Below the pieces are notes generated by a model. It worked only from the letters and a program-made list of their open reading frames with translations, did not search any database and was not told where the DNA came from. Made by a program: the position numbers and the translations under genes. A stretch of DNA of 64,000 bases from an uncultured Chloroflexia bacterium (GTDB taxonomy: Bacteria; Chloroflexota; UBA6077; JACCZL01). Position 1 is the first letter of the stretch. The number at the start of each line of letters is the position of its first letter. The DNA is taken from contig CAVXYC010000001.1 of NCBI GenBank assembly GCA_963765765.1, forward strand, positions 128,001-192,000, read 5' to 3'. Shown piece after piece: positions 10,459-21,177 of this stretch.

Positions 10459-10863
10459 ATGAATACGGTACTGTGGGCACTTCAGATATTTCTTGGGCTC
10501 TTCTTCGCGCTGGCCAGCGGCGCACCGAAGCTTTTCCTACCAATCGAAGCTCTTCCGATGCCGATACCGATTGCGCCGGAGGTGCTGAAGCTCATAGGCG
10601 TGCTCGAGGTCCTCGGCGGCTTGGGAATGATTCTTCCTGGACTCACACGGATTCAGCCGGGCCTGGCACCGCTGGCCGCTCTTGGATTGACGCTCGTTGC
10701 GCTCGGTGGCGCGACGTACCAATTCATGGCCGGGCAGCCTGAGAGCGGTGTGTTTGCCATCGTCATCGCGCTGCTGTGCGCGTTCATCGCCTACGGTCGC
10801 TGGCAGCTCGTTCCGCACCGCGGCCGCACATCCGCCAATGGAGCCAGCGCTCGCTCGATCTAG
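10459..10863 (+). CDS. DoxX family membrane protein (paralog of 9711-10115)
   Basis: Same length (134 aa) and clearly similar sequence. Confidence 0.88.
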   Translation: MNTVLWALQIFLGLFFALASGAPKLFLPIEALPMPIPIAPEVLKLIGVLEVLGGLGMILPGLTRIQPGLAPLAALGLTLVALGGATYQFMAGQPESGVFAIVIALLCAFIAYGRWQLVPHRGRTSANGASARSI

Positions 10864-10938
10864 CTACATGCTGAGAACCCGATCATTTGTCGGCGCCTTA
10901 GGGCGCCGACTTCTCATTCCGGCGGTAGTTGAGCGGAT

Positions 10939-11142
10939 CTATTTCGCCGACATAGGGTGAGCCATCGTGGCGGAAATACTGTCGACACGCCGAGCATGAG
11001 TAGTCCGGTCATCGTCCGAGATCGTGCATCCCCCGAGCTCGACCAGGCCGCGTCCGGATTTCTCCAGAAGTCCGGGAGCAGGCATTCCGTAGGCAATACG
11101 CACGAGACGCCCTTTGCAATCAGTACAACGCGGGTTTCGCAT
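10939..11142 (-). CDS. Small Cys-containing (zinc-ribbon-like) hypothetical protein
   Basis: MRNPRCTDCKG, IAYGMP, ELGGC; AAAGGCGGGG upstream; C-terminus may be frameshifted. Confidence 0.55.
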   Translation of the reverse strand: MRNPRCTDCKGRLVRIAYGMPAPGLLEKSGRGLVELGGCTISDDDRTTHARRVDSISATMAHPMSAK

Positions 11143-11204
11143 CGCCCCGCCTTTCTTCAACGAATCCACTGGGCCCATCGCGAATGAGTCTACATCGACC
11201 CCTT

Positions 11205-11230
11205 GATATGTGACCATATAGTCACGTATC
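11205..11230. promoter_or_regulatory. Palindromic operator, likely ArsR autoregulation
   Basis: GATATGTGAC-CATATA-GTCACGTATC (9/10 inverted repeat), 9 bp upstream of the ArsR start. Confidence 0.65.
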
Positions 11231-11239
11231 ATCCAAGAC

Positions 11240-11995
11240 ATGGACAAGGTATTCAGGGCGTTAGCGGATCCTACGCGGCGGAGCCTGCTGGATGAGCTGT
11301 TCAAACAGGACGGCCAGACGCTCAGTGCGCTTCAGCAGCGACTGACCATGACGCGTTTCGGCGTGATGAAACACCTGCGAGTGCTCGAGCAAGCAGGCCT
11401 GGTCACAACGAAGCGGCGTGGTCGCGAGAAGCTTCATTTTCTGAACGTCGTCCCGATTCGGCTGGTTCACGACCGCTGGGTGAGCAAGTACGCTGAGCCC
11501 TGGGCCGCCATGCTCAGCGAGCTCAAGAAAGACATCGAGGAGAACGTGATGGAGAAGGTATTCGAGATCTATATCAAGACCACGCCAGAGCGACTCTGGG
11601 AGGCAATAACCAATACGGACATGCGAGCGAAGTACACATTTGGCATGCGAATCACGTCCGACTGGGCGCCAGGCTCCCGCTACGAGGGGGTGGCAAGTGC
11701 ACCGCCTACGCCTATGGTGGAGGGTGAGAACCTCGAGGTGGATCCGCCGCGACGCCTTGTTCAAAGCTTGCGCGCGCTCTGGAGCGACGATGTGAAGGCG
11801 GAGGGCACGTCACGAGTGACCTGGGACATCACGCCTGTTGGTGATTCGTGTTGTCTGAAAGTGACGCACGATCAGCTTCGCGAGGGCGCCAACGACCAGC
11901 TCTACGGTGGCTGGCCAATGATTCTCTCCGGCTTGAAGACGCTGCTGGAGACCGGAGAGAAGCTCACCACGCCTGGCTCGCTGATGTACACCTAA
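11240..11995 (+). CDS. ArsR/SmtB regulator fused to SRPBCC (AHSA1) domain
   Basis: VFRALADPTRRSLLDEL, KHLRVLEQAGLV; IYIKTTPERLWEAIT, GGWPMILSGLKTLLETG. Confidence 0.92.
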   Translation: MDKVFRALADPTRRSLLDELFKQDGQTLSALQQRLTMTRFGVMKHLRVLEQAGLVTTKRRGREKLHFLNVVPIRLVHDRWVSKYAEPWAAMLSELKKDIEENVMEKVFEIYIKTTPERLWEAITNTDMRAKYTFGMRITSDWAPGSRYEGVASAPPTPMVEGENLEVDPPRRLVQSLRALWSDDVKAEGTSRVTWDITPVGDSCCLKVTHDQLREGANDQLYGGWPMILSGLKTLLETGEKLTTPGSLMYT

Positions 11996-12225
11996 AGTCG
12001 TGCATGGGGCACCGTGCAGCTCCGCCTGCCAGCGGCCGCCGGCGCCCCGTCTTTCCAGCGAAGAGCTACAGAAAAGCCGATTTGCAGCACGCTTCTTGCG
12101 CTCCGGTCGAAGTCGATGTCAGACCGATCACACGTTATTGAACCCGTGCTGGAGCGGTGCGGTCAGTTGTTGATGTGGTCGCGTCGCTGCATGGCGGTCA
12201 TGCGAACAGAGGTTATGGGGAGCAG

Positions 12226-12411
12226 ATGATGCAGTTAGAGATCGGGAGCGAGGAGCGGTCACTGTTGATAGATGTCCTGGACTCCGCCTACCGAAATTTG
12301 AAGGAAGAAATCAACAAGACTGAGACGTATGATTTCAAGAATGAGCTCAAGGGCCGTGAGGCCATTCTCTTGAGCCTTCTCGATCAGCTCAGAGCGTTAT
12401 CGCACACCTAG
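12226..12411 (+). CDS. Small hypothetical coiled-coil protein
   Basis: GGGGAG RBS; amphipathic helical 61-aa ORF. Confidence 0.6.
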   Translation: MMQLEIGSEERSLLIDVLDSAYRNLKEEINKTETYDFKNELKGREAILLSLLDQLRALSHT

Positions 12412-12445
12412 GCTGCTATTCGACGTACTGGCTCGCCGTTTCAAT

Positions 12446-13814
12446 TCACGTCAGCAACACATACGGCGCCTCAAGGATCTCCCGCACTCGTCGCAGGAAG
12501 GCGGCCGCCGGGGCGCCGTCGTTGATGCGATGGTCAAAGGCTAGGCTGAGCGTCATCTGCTCTCGTGGAACAACCGCGTCACCTACAACGGCTGGGCGGC
12601 GGGCGATGGCGCCAACACCAAGAATCGCGGCCTCAGGCGGATTCACGATGGGTGTGAAGCTCTCCACACCGTAGGCGCCGAGATTGGTGATGGTGAACGT
12701 GCCGCCTGTGACGTCGTCGGGACTTATGCGCCCGGACTTTGCCAGGTCTGCAAGTCGGAGAAGATCAGCGGATAACTGGTGGAGCGGTCGCGAGTCAGCC
12801 TGACGCGGCACAACGACTACCAGACCGTCATCCGTCGCCACGGCTACGCCGACATTGATCTCGCTGAGGATCTCTATGGCCGGCGGAGTGCGATCGGTCC
12901 AGCGTGCGTTGAGCGTCGGATGCTCGGCCAGCGCAAGTCCGCATGCTTTGGCAATCATCGCGTCGTACACCAGACGCGCGCCGTAACGCCGCTCGAACTC
13001 GGGGCTGATCTGTGCTTGGAAGCGCACGGCCTCAGCCATGTCCACGGTTGACGTCAACGTCACTCTCGCGACGCTTCTTGCTGACGCGGCCATGCGCTCC
13101 GCGGTGACCCGTCGCACCCGGCCGAGTGGCTCGAGGCGAGCTTCCGAGGCAGTCGCCGCAACTGGGACTGCCTCCGCGGGCGGAGTCATTGTCGGCTCGC
13201 TGCCCACGGCTGCGTTCACATCATCCGCTGTGATTCGGCCGCCGGGGCCCGTTCCGACTATCAATGCCAGGTCAAACGCCATGCTCCTCGGCCAGCTTGC
13301 GCGCCAGTGGCGAAGCCATGATGCGCTCGCTCGGTTGTGACGTTGGAGCGGTCACGGCGGCCGATTTCACATCGCGTTCCACCACTCGACCGCCCGGTCC
13401 AGAGCCCGCGAGTGCGAGCGCGTCAACGCCCAGCTCACGAGCCACCCTTCGGGCTCGTGGAGATGCGAATCGACGCTCGGCAACGGGCGAAACCTTTGCT
13501 ACGGAGACTTGCGGCGACGCTGCTGGAGCGCTGACCGCGGCCGGCGTTGTGGAGGCGGGGGCACTGACTATCTCATCAGCTTCGCCGATGAATCCGATTG
13601 TTCCCCCAACAGCTACCGTCTCTCCAGCCGTCGCGGCGATGGAGAGGAGTACTCCCTCGTATGGCGAGGGGACTTCCAACGCGGCCTTGTCTGTCTCCAC
13701 CACAAGTAGCGCGTCATCCTTCGCTATCGAGTCGCCCTCCTGCTTGAGCCACTCCACTATGGTGCCCTCGTCCATGGTCAGGCCGAGGCTCGGCATGATG
13801 ACGCGTTGTGCCAT
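12446..13814 (-). CDS. 2-oxoacid/acetoin dehydrogenase E2 dihydrolipoamide acyltransferase; frameshift near 13275
   Basis: Lipoyl VETDKA; two peripheral-subunit-binding repeats; catalytic GTFTITNLG and FDHRINDG. Confidence 0.93.
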
Positions 13815-13874
13815 CGTTGTGTCCCAATCTGTCCAATCGGTGTGCTAGACTCGGCTTCCGAGTGTACAGCAGCG

Positions 13875-14984
13875 ATGCGATTTCTGCTCTTCTCGGACCT
13901 GCATCTCGACACTCAGTTCGCCTGGTTGGCAGGGCATCCAGAGTTGGCCGGCCGGCGACGGCAGGCCCTCCGGGACACGCTCGTGCGCATTGCCGACCTG
14001 GCTGTCACTGAGCACGTGGATGCCCTGTTGTGCGGTGGCGATCTGTACGAGCACGATCGCTTCACGCCCGACACTGTAGCCTTCGTTCGCTCCGTCTTTG
14101 CTCGACTGCACCCTTTGCCGATATTCATCGCGCCGGGGAATCACGATTGGCTGGGTCCCGCCAGTCTTTACGCGCAGGCTGATTGGAGCCCGAACGTTCA
14201 CGTGTTCAGCGAGGATCGGTTGACGCCCGTCACCCTGACTGATGGAGTCACTCTGTGGGGAGCGGCGCACCGAGCTCCAGCCAACACCGACGGTTTTCTC
14301 GACGACTTCGCGGTCGACCGAGGCGGCGTTCACCTGGCCCTGTTCCATGGCTCGGAGCAAGGCGCCCTGGGCTTCCAGGAGCAGGGGAAGGCGCCGCACG
14401 CGCCGTTTCGGTTGGAGCAGATTCCCGCGTCGGGTCTGCACCACGCGATGCTTGGCCATTTCCACCGTCCACGGGGAACCGAGTATTCGACCTACCCCGG
14501 CAATCCGGATCCACTGACATTCGGTGAAGAGGGCGTGCGCGGGGCGGTCATCGTTTCCCTTCTGAACAACGGAACCGTGAAGCAGGAAACGCACGACGTG
14601 GGTGCGAGCGAGCTACACAGTCTCAGCGTTGATGTGACTGGATGCGTCAGCGGGCAGGAGGTGCGCGAGCGAATTCGCGAGACCGGCCGAGGCTTGTCCG
14701 GCTTCGTCCAGCTGACGCTGGATGGCGATGTGGATCCCTCGGTGGAGCTACGGAAGTCGCAAGTGAGCGTGGACCAATTACCTGACTGTGTTGTCGTGAT
14801 GCGTGCCGGGGCGCTGAGAACCGCGTATGACGTGGATGCCATCAGTCGCGAGAGTACCGTCCGCGGGCAGTTCGTGCGTGACGTTCTGGCAAGCGCAGAG
14901 CTTGACGAAGCTCGCCGGGCACTCGTGCTCACCACCGGGCTGCGGGCCCTGGATGGTCGGGACGATCTGGACCTGACGACTTGA
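13875..14984 (+). CDS. Mre11/SbcD-like metallophosphoesterase (YhaO-like)
   Basis: FSDLHLD, GGDLYE, PGNHD, LFHGS, LGHFH, YPGNP. Confidence 0.9.
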   Translation: MRFLLFSDLHLDTQFAWLAGHPELAGRRRQALRDTLVRIADLAVTEHVDALLCGGDLYEHDRFTPDTVAFVRSVFARLHPLPIFIAPGNHDWLGPASLYAQADWSPNVHVFSEDRLTPVTLTDGVTLWGAAHRAPANTDGFLDDFAVDRGGVHLALFHGSEQGALGFQEQGKAPHAPFRLEQIPASGLHHAMLGHFHRPRGTEYSTYPGNPDPLTFGEEGVRGAVIVSLLNNGTVKQETHDVGASELHSLSVDVTGCVSGQEVRERIRETGRGLSGFVQLTLDGDVDPSVELRKSQVSVDQLPDCVVVMRAGALRTAYDVDAISRESTVRGQFVRDVLASAELDEARRALVLTTGLRALDGRDDLDLTT

Positions 14985-15041
14985 CGACGGCCGGCTGACA
15001 CGCGTTCTCCTTCATGAGGCTTCCCACGATAAAGGCCGTGC

Positions 15042-17266
15042 ATGCGTTTTGAGTCCGTCGCGGCTTACGCCTTCGGTCCGCTCAAGGATCGGCCAACTTG
15101 TGCTCGCGCCAGGCATGAACGTCATCTGGGGACCGAACGAAGCAGGCAAGTCCTCGTGGCACGCCGCGTTGTACGCCGGGCTCTGCGGGATGCGGCGAGC
15201 GCGAGGGAAGCCCACCAATGAGGACCAGCGCTTTGGCGAACGGCATCGACCCTGGGACGGTTCGAACTGGGACGTGGGCGCGATCATTCAGCTCGAAGAC
15301 GGCCGGCGCATAGAGCTGCGACACGACCTGGCGGGGCGCGTGAGCTCTCGCGCCAGCGACGCCGACCTGGGGCGTGACTGCTCGGACGAGATCATTGCGG
15401 ATGGCGCTCCCGATGGAGCGAGATGGCTCGGCCTGGATCGTCGGTCATTCGTGGCCACGGCATGTGTCCGCCAGGCCGATCTGATGGGCGTTCTCGATGA
15501 CCCTGGCATGCTGCAAGAAGAGCTTCAGCGAGCCGCCGCCACGAGCGGAACGGACGCAACCGCCGCGGCCGCCCTCGCACGGTTGGAGCAATTTAGAGCC
15601 GAGCATGTCGGCCGCGATATCGCCAGCTCCACTCGACCTCTGCGGCGGGCTCAACGTGAGCTGGAGGCGGCGCGGCTTCATGCTGAGGCAGCGCGTCTGG
15701 AGCACGCACGCTACCTGACGCTGGCGGAACAGATCGAGCGACAGGAGCAGGTACTGAAAGCCCTTTCCTCGCGGCTCCAGTCGGCCGAGTGGAATCGGGA
15801 GCAGCAAGAGATTCTGAGGCTCAAGCAACGCCGTGTCGCGGCGATAGAGCTGGCGCGGCGATTTCCGACCGGCCCGCCCTCGATCGACTCCTCAGTCCAC
15901 CTGCTCACGCGGCAAGCGGCCGAGACGCTCGAAGCCTGGCGTCAACGACCAGCCGAGCGAGCACTCGACGGTCCATCGGCCGATGAGCTAAGGCGCACGC
16001 TTGATCAAGTCGCAGCGGAGCAGCCGACTCGGGGGCGACAGTCACCCAATTCATTGAGTCGCCCCGTTCTCGTGCTTGGTGGTGTGTCGCTCGTTCTTGG
16101 ACTCGTCGCTGGAGTCATCGGTCAGACTGTGTTGGCCGTGATTTGCGTTGCGCTAAGCGCAGGAATACTCATCTGGACGGTGATGAATCGAGATTCTGCG
16201 AACATCATGGACGCTCCGATCGGCTCAGACGAGGCATACCGGGGCGCGCTTGAGCGCGAGATTCAGCGTCGCGAGCAAGATGAGCTCGACGCGCGCGCCG
16301 CCGCGGAGCGTAGGGAAGGCTTGCCAAGAAGCTCTTCGAGCCGTTGCCGAGCGATGCGGCGTCACGGGCTCGAGCGACGATGACCTGGCACTCGAGCTTG
16401 ATGGCTGGATTGCGCTGACCCATCGAAAGCTCAGCTCGTTGAGTGACGCTGCCAGAGAGTTTGGAGAGCTGGCCAGGCAACAGGGTGACGGGACGCTCGA
16501 CGAGATCGACGCAGAGCTGCGCGACCGCTTTCAGCGCCTGGAAGCATTGAGTCCTGCGCCCACGGTCGAGGGGGCAGTGAGTCAGCCAGACTCCTCAGTA
16601 GATCAGCTCGCTGATGAGATCGGCGAGACTCAGCGTCGCCTGGCGCTGCTCCAGGGCCAGCGTCTGGAGCTCGGGCAAGCGTTGTCGAGTGTGGCTGAGG
16701 CGGAGGAGCGAAGTCTAGCGGCGGAGATGCAGCTCGCACGAGTCCAAAAGCTCGAATCGGTGTTGACCGATACGCAGCGCTTTCTCACGGCGGCGCAAGA
16801 CCAGGTTCACCGATCGATTGCACCGGTTCTGGCGAGCTCGATTCGCTCTCGGCTCGATCCCATCACGCACGGTCGGTACACCGACGTGCGGGTAGATCCC
16901 GCGTCGCTCGAAGTGCGCGTTCTCGATTCGGACGAGCAGTGGCGAGAGGCGGCGCTCCTCTCGCACGGAACGGCGGAGCAGATCTATCTGCTTCTTCGCG
17001 TAGCGCTGGCGGAGCACCTAACCCGGGCGGGGGAGGTCTGCCCGCTCATCCTGGACGACGTGACCGCCCACTGTGATGACGAGCGCACGCTCACTGTGCT
17101 GGATACCCTCCACGCCATCAGCCGTGAGCGGCAAGTCATTCTCTTCAGCCAGGAATCCCGTGTCCGCCAGTGGGCTGGCGCGAGCCTGGTGAGCGAGCGC
17201 GATCGGCTGGAGATGCTTGGGCAGGTGGATCCGCGCCGCGATGCCCTCACGCCAAGCCTTGGTTAG
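15042..17266 (+). CDS. Rad50/SbcC-like SMC ATPase (YhaN-like); frameshifts near 15092 and 16310
   Basis: Walker A GPNEAGKS, coiled coil with central TM pair, signature LSHGTAEQ, Walker B LILDD. Confidence 0.88.
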
Positions 17267-17882
17267 CAGTGACCCTTTGAATCGTTATGCGGCCGCGACG
17301 GGTCGCGCTAGCCACGTCGACTACCATCAGAGCACGCCCTACCCTGACGAATGCGATTCCGTCTCCGACGATCACGCAAGTCTCTGGGGGCAGCGGCTTC
17401 CTACTACGACAATCACTCCGACGTCGGTATCCTCGATACCAACACCTTCACCGACATCCAACCCGCTGCCGGTATTCGCCTCAGCGACTTCGACCCTCGG
17501 CGAGGGAACCCTGACGGTAGCGCCCGCCATCGCAGCCTCACCAACACCCACGCCAACAATGAGCGGTATGGCCACTTTAGCGGCGGGACTGCCGATACCG
17601 AGCCGGACGCCCAGCCCGACAACCCCGGCCACCGCAACCGCCACACCTACTCAGATGCGCACACCGACGCGAACCGCGGTGTCAACGAGCTCAGCTCACT
17701 CAGCGGTCCGCCGACGACCAGCCAGCAAATGCAAGGATGAGAACTGAAGCGGTTCTCGAATCCGACTTCGGGAACCAGGATGAGTGTGAGCTACGTTGTG
17801 CAGCATGGAGGCCGATAGCCAAGGACGTGCGAGCGAACGACGCCTGTATCAAGCTTAGATCCGAGGGGAACCGGAGAGCTCC

Positions 17883-18809
17883 CTACCACCAGAGCACGTC
17901 ATCGAGCGCACCATCATCCGTCGGCAGCTCGTCGGTTTGCAGAGATGGAGACCCGAGGTATTTCCACCCGGAATCGGCGAACATCACAACGACGTTGCCT
18001 CGCTCCAGCCGCTGTGCCCACTTCAGGGCAGCGTGCATGGCCGCGCCTGAAGACGGGCCCACCATGAGCCCCTCGCGCGCCAGGAGCTCGCGAACCGCGC
18101 GGAAAGCACTGCCGCTGTTCACCAGAATTTTCCCGTCCAGCGCGGCGAGGTCCAGAATGGGCGGCACGTAGCCCTCGGCCATACTTCGTAGCCCCTGAAG
18201 CTGCGCGCCGGGGTGAGGCTCTGCCGCTATGAGCTTGACCGCCGAGTTGTGCCCCTTCAGACGGCGGCCGACACCCATAATGGTCCCGCCGGTTCCCACG
18301 CCGCACACGAACGCATCAACGTTGGGGCAGGCGGCGATAATCTCGACGCCCGTTCTTGCGTAGTGAGCGCCGGGGTTGTCCGCCGAGCCGAACTGATTCA
18401 GCAGATATGCCCCATCCTGTTCTGCGATCTGACGCGCCACGTCGATGGCATTGCGGACTCCGGGCTGACCCGCCACGTGCTCGATGCGCGCACCGTAGGC
18501 AGTCAGCACGCGAATAATGTCTGTAAACGCGGTCTCGGGAACCACGACGCGGACAGGGTGGCCGAACCGTGCCCCGATCATCGCCAGGGCAATTCCGGTA
18601 TTGCCGGTGGTTGCCTCGACGATCTCCTGACCCTCGCGCAACGCTCCCCGTGCTCGAGCCTGCTCCAGCATATGTGCCACGACCCGATCTTTGATCGACC
18701 CGGTCGTGTTCTGGCCCTCGAGTTTGGCGAAGATGCGAACACCCGTCTTCGGCGAGCAATGCGTCAACTCGACGAGCGGGGTGTTTCCGATGAGCGAGAG
18801 TGAATCCAT
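17883..18809 (-). CDS. cysM: PLP-dependent cysteine synthase (CysK/CysM family)
   Basis: IGNTPLV, AKLEGQNTTGSIKDR, EATTGNTGIALA, GVGTGGT, DSGWKYL. Confidence 0.88.
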   Translation of the reverse strand: MDSLSLIGNTPLVELTHCSPKTGVRIFAKLEGQNTTGSIKDRVVAHMLEQARARGALREGQEIVEATTGNTGIALAMIGARFGHPVRVVVPETAFTDIIRVLTAYGARIEHVAGQPGVRNAIDVARQIAEQDGAYLLNQFGSADNPGAHYARTGVEIIAACPNVDAFVCGVGTGGTIMGVGRRLKGHNSAVKLIAAEPHPGAQLQGLRSMAEGYVPPILDLAALDGKILVNSGSAFRAVRELLAREGLMVGPSSGAAMHAALKWAQRLERGNVVVMFADSGWKYLGSPSLQTDELPTDDGALDDVLWW

Positions 18810-19023
18810 GGAGCTCAGTCTAGCTCACGGTCCAAAGCGGTTGCGGTGCCGGGATGGTTTTGCGGAGTACTCTCGGACGCTGATAGACCGTTGTGGGAGA
18901 GTCAGGCCCGATTTTTGCCTGGGCAGTCGCTCCAGTAGCAAGGGAGCTGGGCTCGCGCAGTGATCCGCGAGGGCCCCTCCTTAGACCGGAGCGGCTGGCC
19001 CGCCGGTCGGGGAAGAGGACCCC

Positions 19024-19641
19024 ATGACAAACATCTCGTATGGGCGTGACGAGAACGCGCGGCCCGTTGCGACGCCGGCACACCGGCCATCTCCTGGAAG
19101 CCCGACTTTCAGGAACCTCGCGCTAGGCGGATGCGGAGCTGCTATGGTCGCGTTCATTGCGGCCTGTGCGCCGACCGCCACGGCTCCATCGGCCCCAACG
19201 GCGGTGAGCGCCGCCACCGCGGCTGCATCGCCGGTGGCCACGTTGGTTGCTGCCTCACCTGTGACCACCGTCGCCGCGGCTGCCTCGGCGGCGGCTTCGC
19301 CTGCCGCGGCGGTGGCGGCCGCGTCCCCAGTTCGTATTACCGCCGCTCAGTTGAGTCCCACCGACACGACGATAACGGTTCAGAACGCCGGCAACGCAGT
19401 GGTAGACATGACCGGTTGGCGATTGCGCGTGGGAGGCGCCACGGTCACGCTTCCGGCGAACAGCCGAGTGGCTCCCGGAGAAAGCATTACCATCCACACG
19501 GCGAGCGGGACGAACAGTGGCACAGACGTGTATCTGGGAAGCGACGCGGCGACTCTGCTCAGCGGCCTCCAGCCTGGCGCTACGGTAGCCTTGGTCGACG
19601 CCCAGGGGACAGTGGTAAGCGAATTCGTATTGCCAAGCTAG
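19024..19641 (+). CDS. Lamin-tail-domain lipoprotein with Ala/Ser/Pro-rich linker
   Basis: Lipobox-like IAAC, AASP repeats, ITVQNAGNAVVDMTGWRL, VAPGESITIHTASG. Confidence 0.8.
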   Translation: MTNISYGRDENARPVATPAHRPSPGSPTFRNLALGGCGAAMVAFIAACAPTATAPSAPTAVSAATAAASPVATLVAASPVTTVAAAASAAASPAAAVAAASPVRITAAQLSPTDTTITVQNAGNAVVDMTGWRLRVGGATVTLPANSRVAPGESITIHTASGTNSGTDVYLGSDAATLLSGLQPGATVALVDAQGTVVSEFVLPS

Positions 19642-19839
19642 CGAGCAGGTCGGGAGGCGAGAGCTCAGGTTCTCGCCTCCGGCGATCTCTCTAGTCCTCT
19701 CCGCCGTGGAGACAGCCCGGCGGGTCCCGACTGGAGCGGGATGCCGATGGCGTTCATTGAGGCCGTTGCTGCGTTCGTTGCACCGCCGTACCAGGAGCCT
19801 CGCCGACGCTCCCAAAGGACGGTGAACTGGTTCTGCGGG

Positions 19840-20098
19840 CTACTGCGGCAGGCTCATGGCCTTCTGACTGTCCACTTCGTAGTACTCGTTCTGACTCACG
19901 TCCCCGAGGGTGGACTCGATGAGACCGCGGACCGTCTCGACCGAGTCGGCTTCCCATAGGCAGACTGCCGTGGAACCTTCCCGATTGGGCAGTGTGGAAT
20001 GGATCTGCACACCCTGGGGCAGTGAGGCGGCGGGCCTCCTGCGCGACGGACCAAAACTTCGCGGGGTCTGAAACGGAGTGCTTGACGACCACGTACAT
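19840..20098 (-). CDS. Small hypothetical protein; frameshift near 20030
   Basis: MYVVVKHSVSDPAKFW continues as STAVCLWEADSVETVR...NEYYEVD after one indel. Confidence 0.65.
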
Positions 20099-20272
20099 GG
20101 AGTAATCTCTGGCCAGCTCAGTGCGGCAGAGCTCCCGGAGCCCAGTTGTCCGAGCTTCCGGTGGTACTAGTTTAGTCGGAATGGCCAGACTAGAGTGTAC
20201 GGTGTGTCGAGCTTTCTGCCGGCTGGAGAGGCTTCGGGCGCACCCTCCAGTTCTCGCCCTGATGGAGTGACG

Positions 20273-21009
20273 ATGAGTAGGAACGAAGGGTCTGGCAAGC
20301 CACTCGCCGGCGAGGTGGCACTGGTCACCGGCGGCAGCCGCGGTATCGGCCTCGCGATAGCGGGGAGACTATTGGAGGCCGGCAGCGCCGTGGCGCTGGT
20401 GGCACGCGATGAGGGGCTGTTAGACCAGGTTGCAGCGTCGTTGTCGACGGACGACGGCAGGGTGCTCCCCGTTATGGGCGACGTCACGGATCAATTATCG
20501 ATGGAGTCCGCGGTGGAGCAGACCGTGAATCGTCTGGGCAGCCTAAGCATCGTGGTCAACAATGCGGGCCTCGGGCTCGATGGTCCCCTCGCTGAGCAGG
20601 CGCCCGAGGAGTGGCGTCGGGTGATCGACGTCAACCTGCTCGGTCTCTACTACACGACGCGAGCCGCGCTTCCGGCCGATCCGCACGAGTGGGCGCGGCC
20701 AGATCATCGCCATCTCCTCGGTGAATGGGAGGCCGGGTCGCCCGAATATGACGGCCTATTGTGCCTCTAAGGCGGCGATGGAAGGCTTCATGCGTGCACT
20801 AGCTGCGGAAGTGGAGTCCGAACCGATCCGCTGCACCACCATAGTGCCCGGCAGCACCCTGACCGACTTCGGAGGGCGGACCCGCGACGACCGACTGGCC
20901 AGCGGAGCCAAGTTCCTCGATCCGGAACATGTTGCTCGATGCGGTCGCAAACGTTCTGCTCCAGCCCGAGCGAGCCTGGACACAGGAGCTGGTGCTCTGG
21001 CCTCGCTGA
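20273..21009 (+). CDS. SDR family oxidoreductase (frameshifted)
   Basis: VTGGSRGIG, NNAG, YCASK. Confidence 0.85.
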
Positions 21010-21177
21010 GGTCGATGCAGGCGCTCGACTCAGAGCGACGACTGGCCGAGACCGGTTGTCGCCGACGGTACGACTGGCACGGTACGAGCGCTGCCTGCCC
21101 GAGGCTGCTCCCCCGCTCGGATGGATCCGGTCGTGCCCGCCGAGAGATGACCGGTTCGCACAATACCACCGGCATGG

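Noticed and set aside
11209-11226. CRP site (TGTGA...TCACG)
   Set aside because: Spacer is 8 bp rather than 6, and the position fits an ArsR operator.
17217-17747. Pro/Thr-rich ORF
   Set aside because: Low complexity, no clear start, RBS or domain. It may be a gene fragment but cannot be supported.
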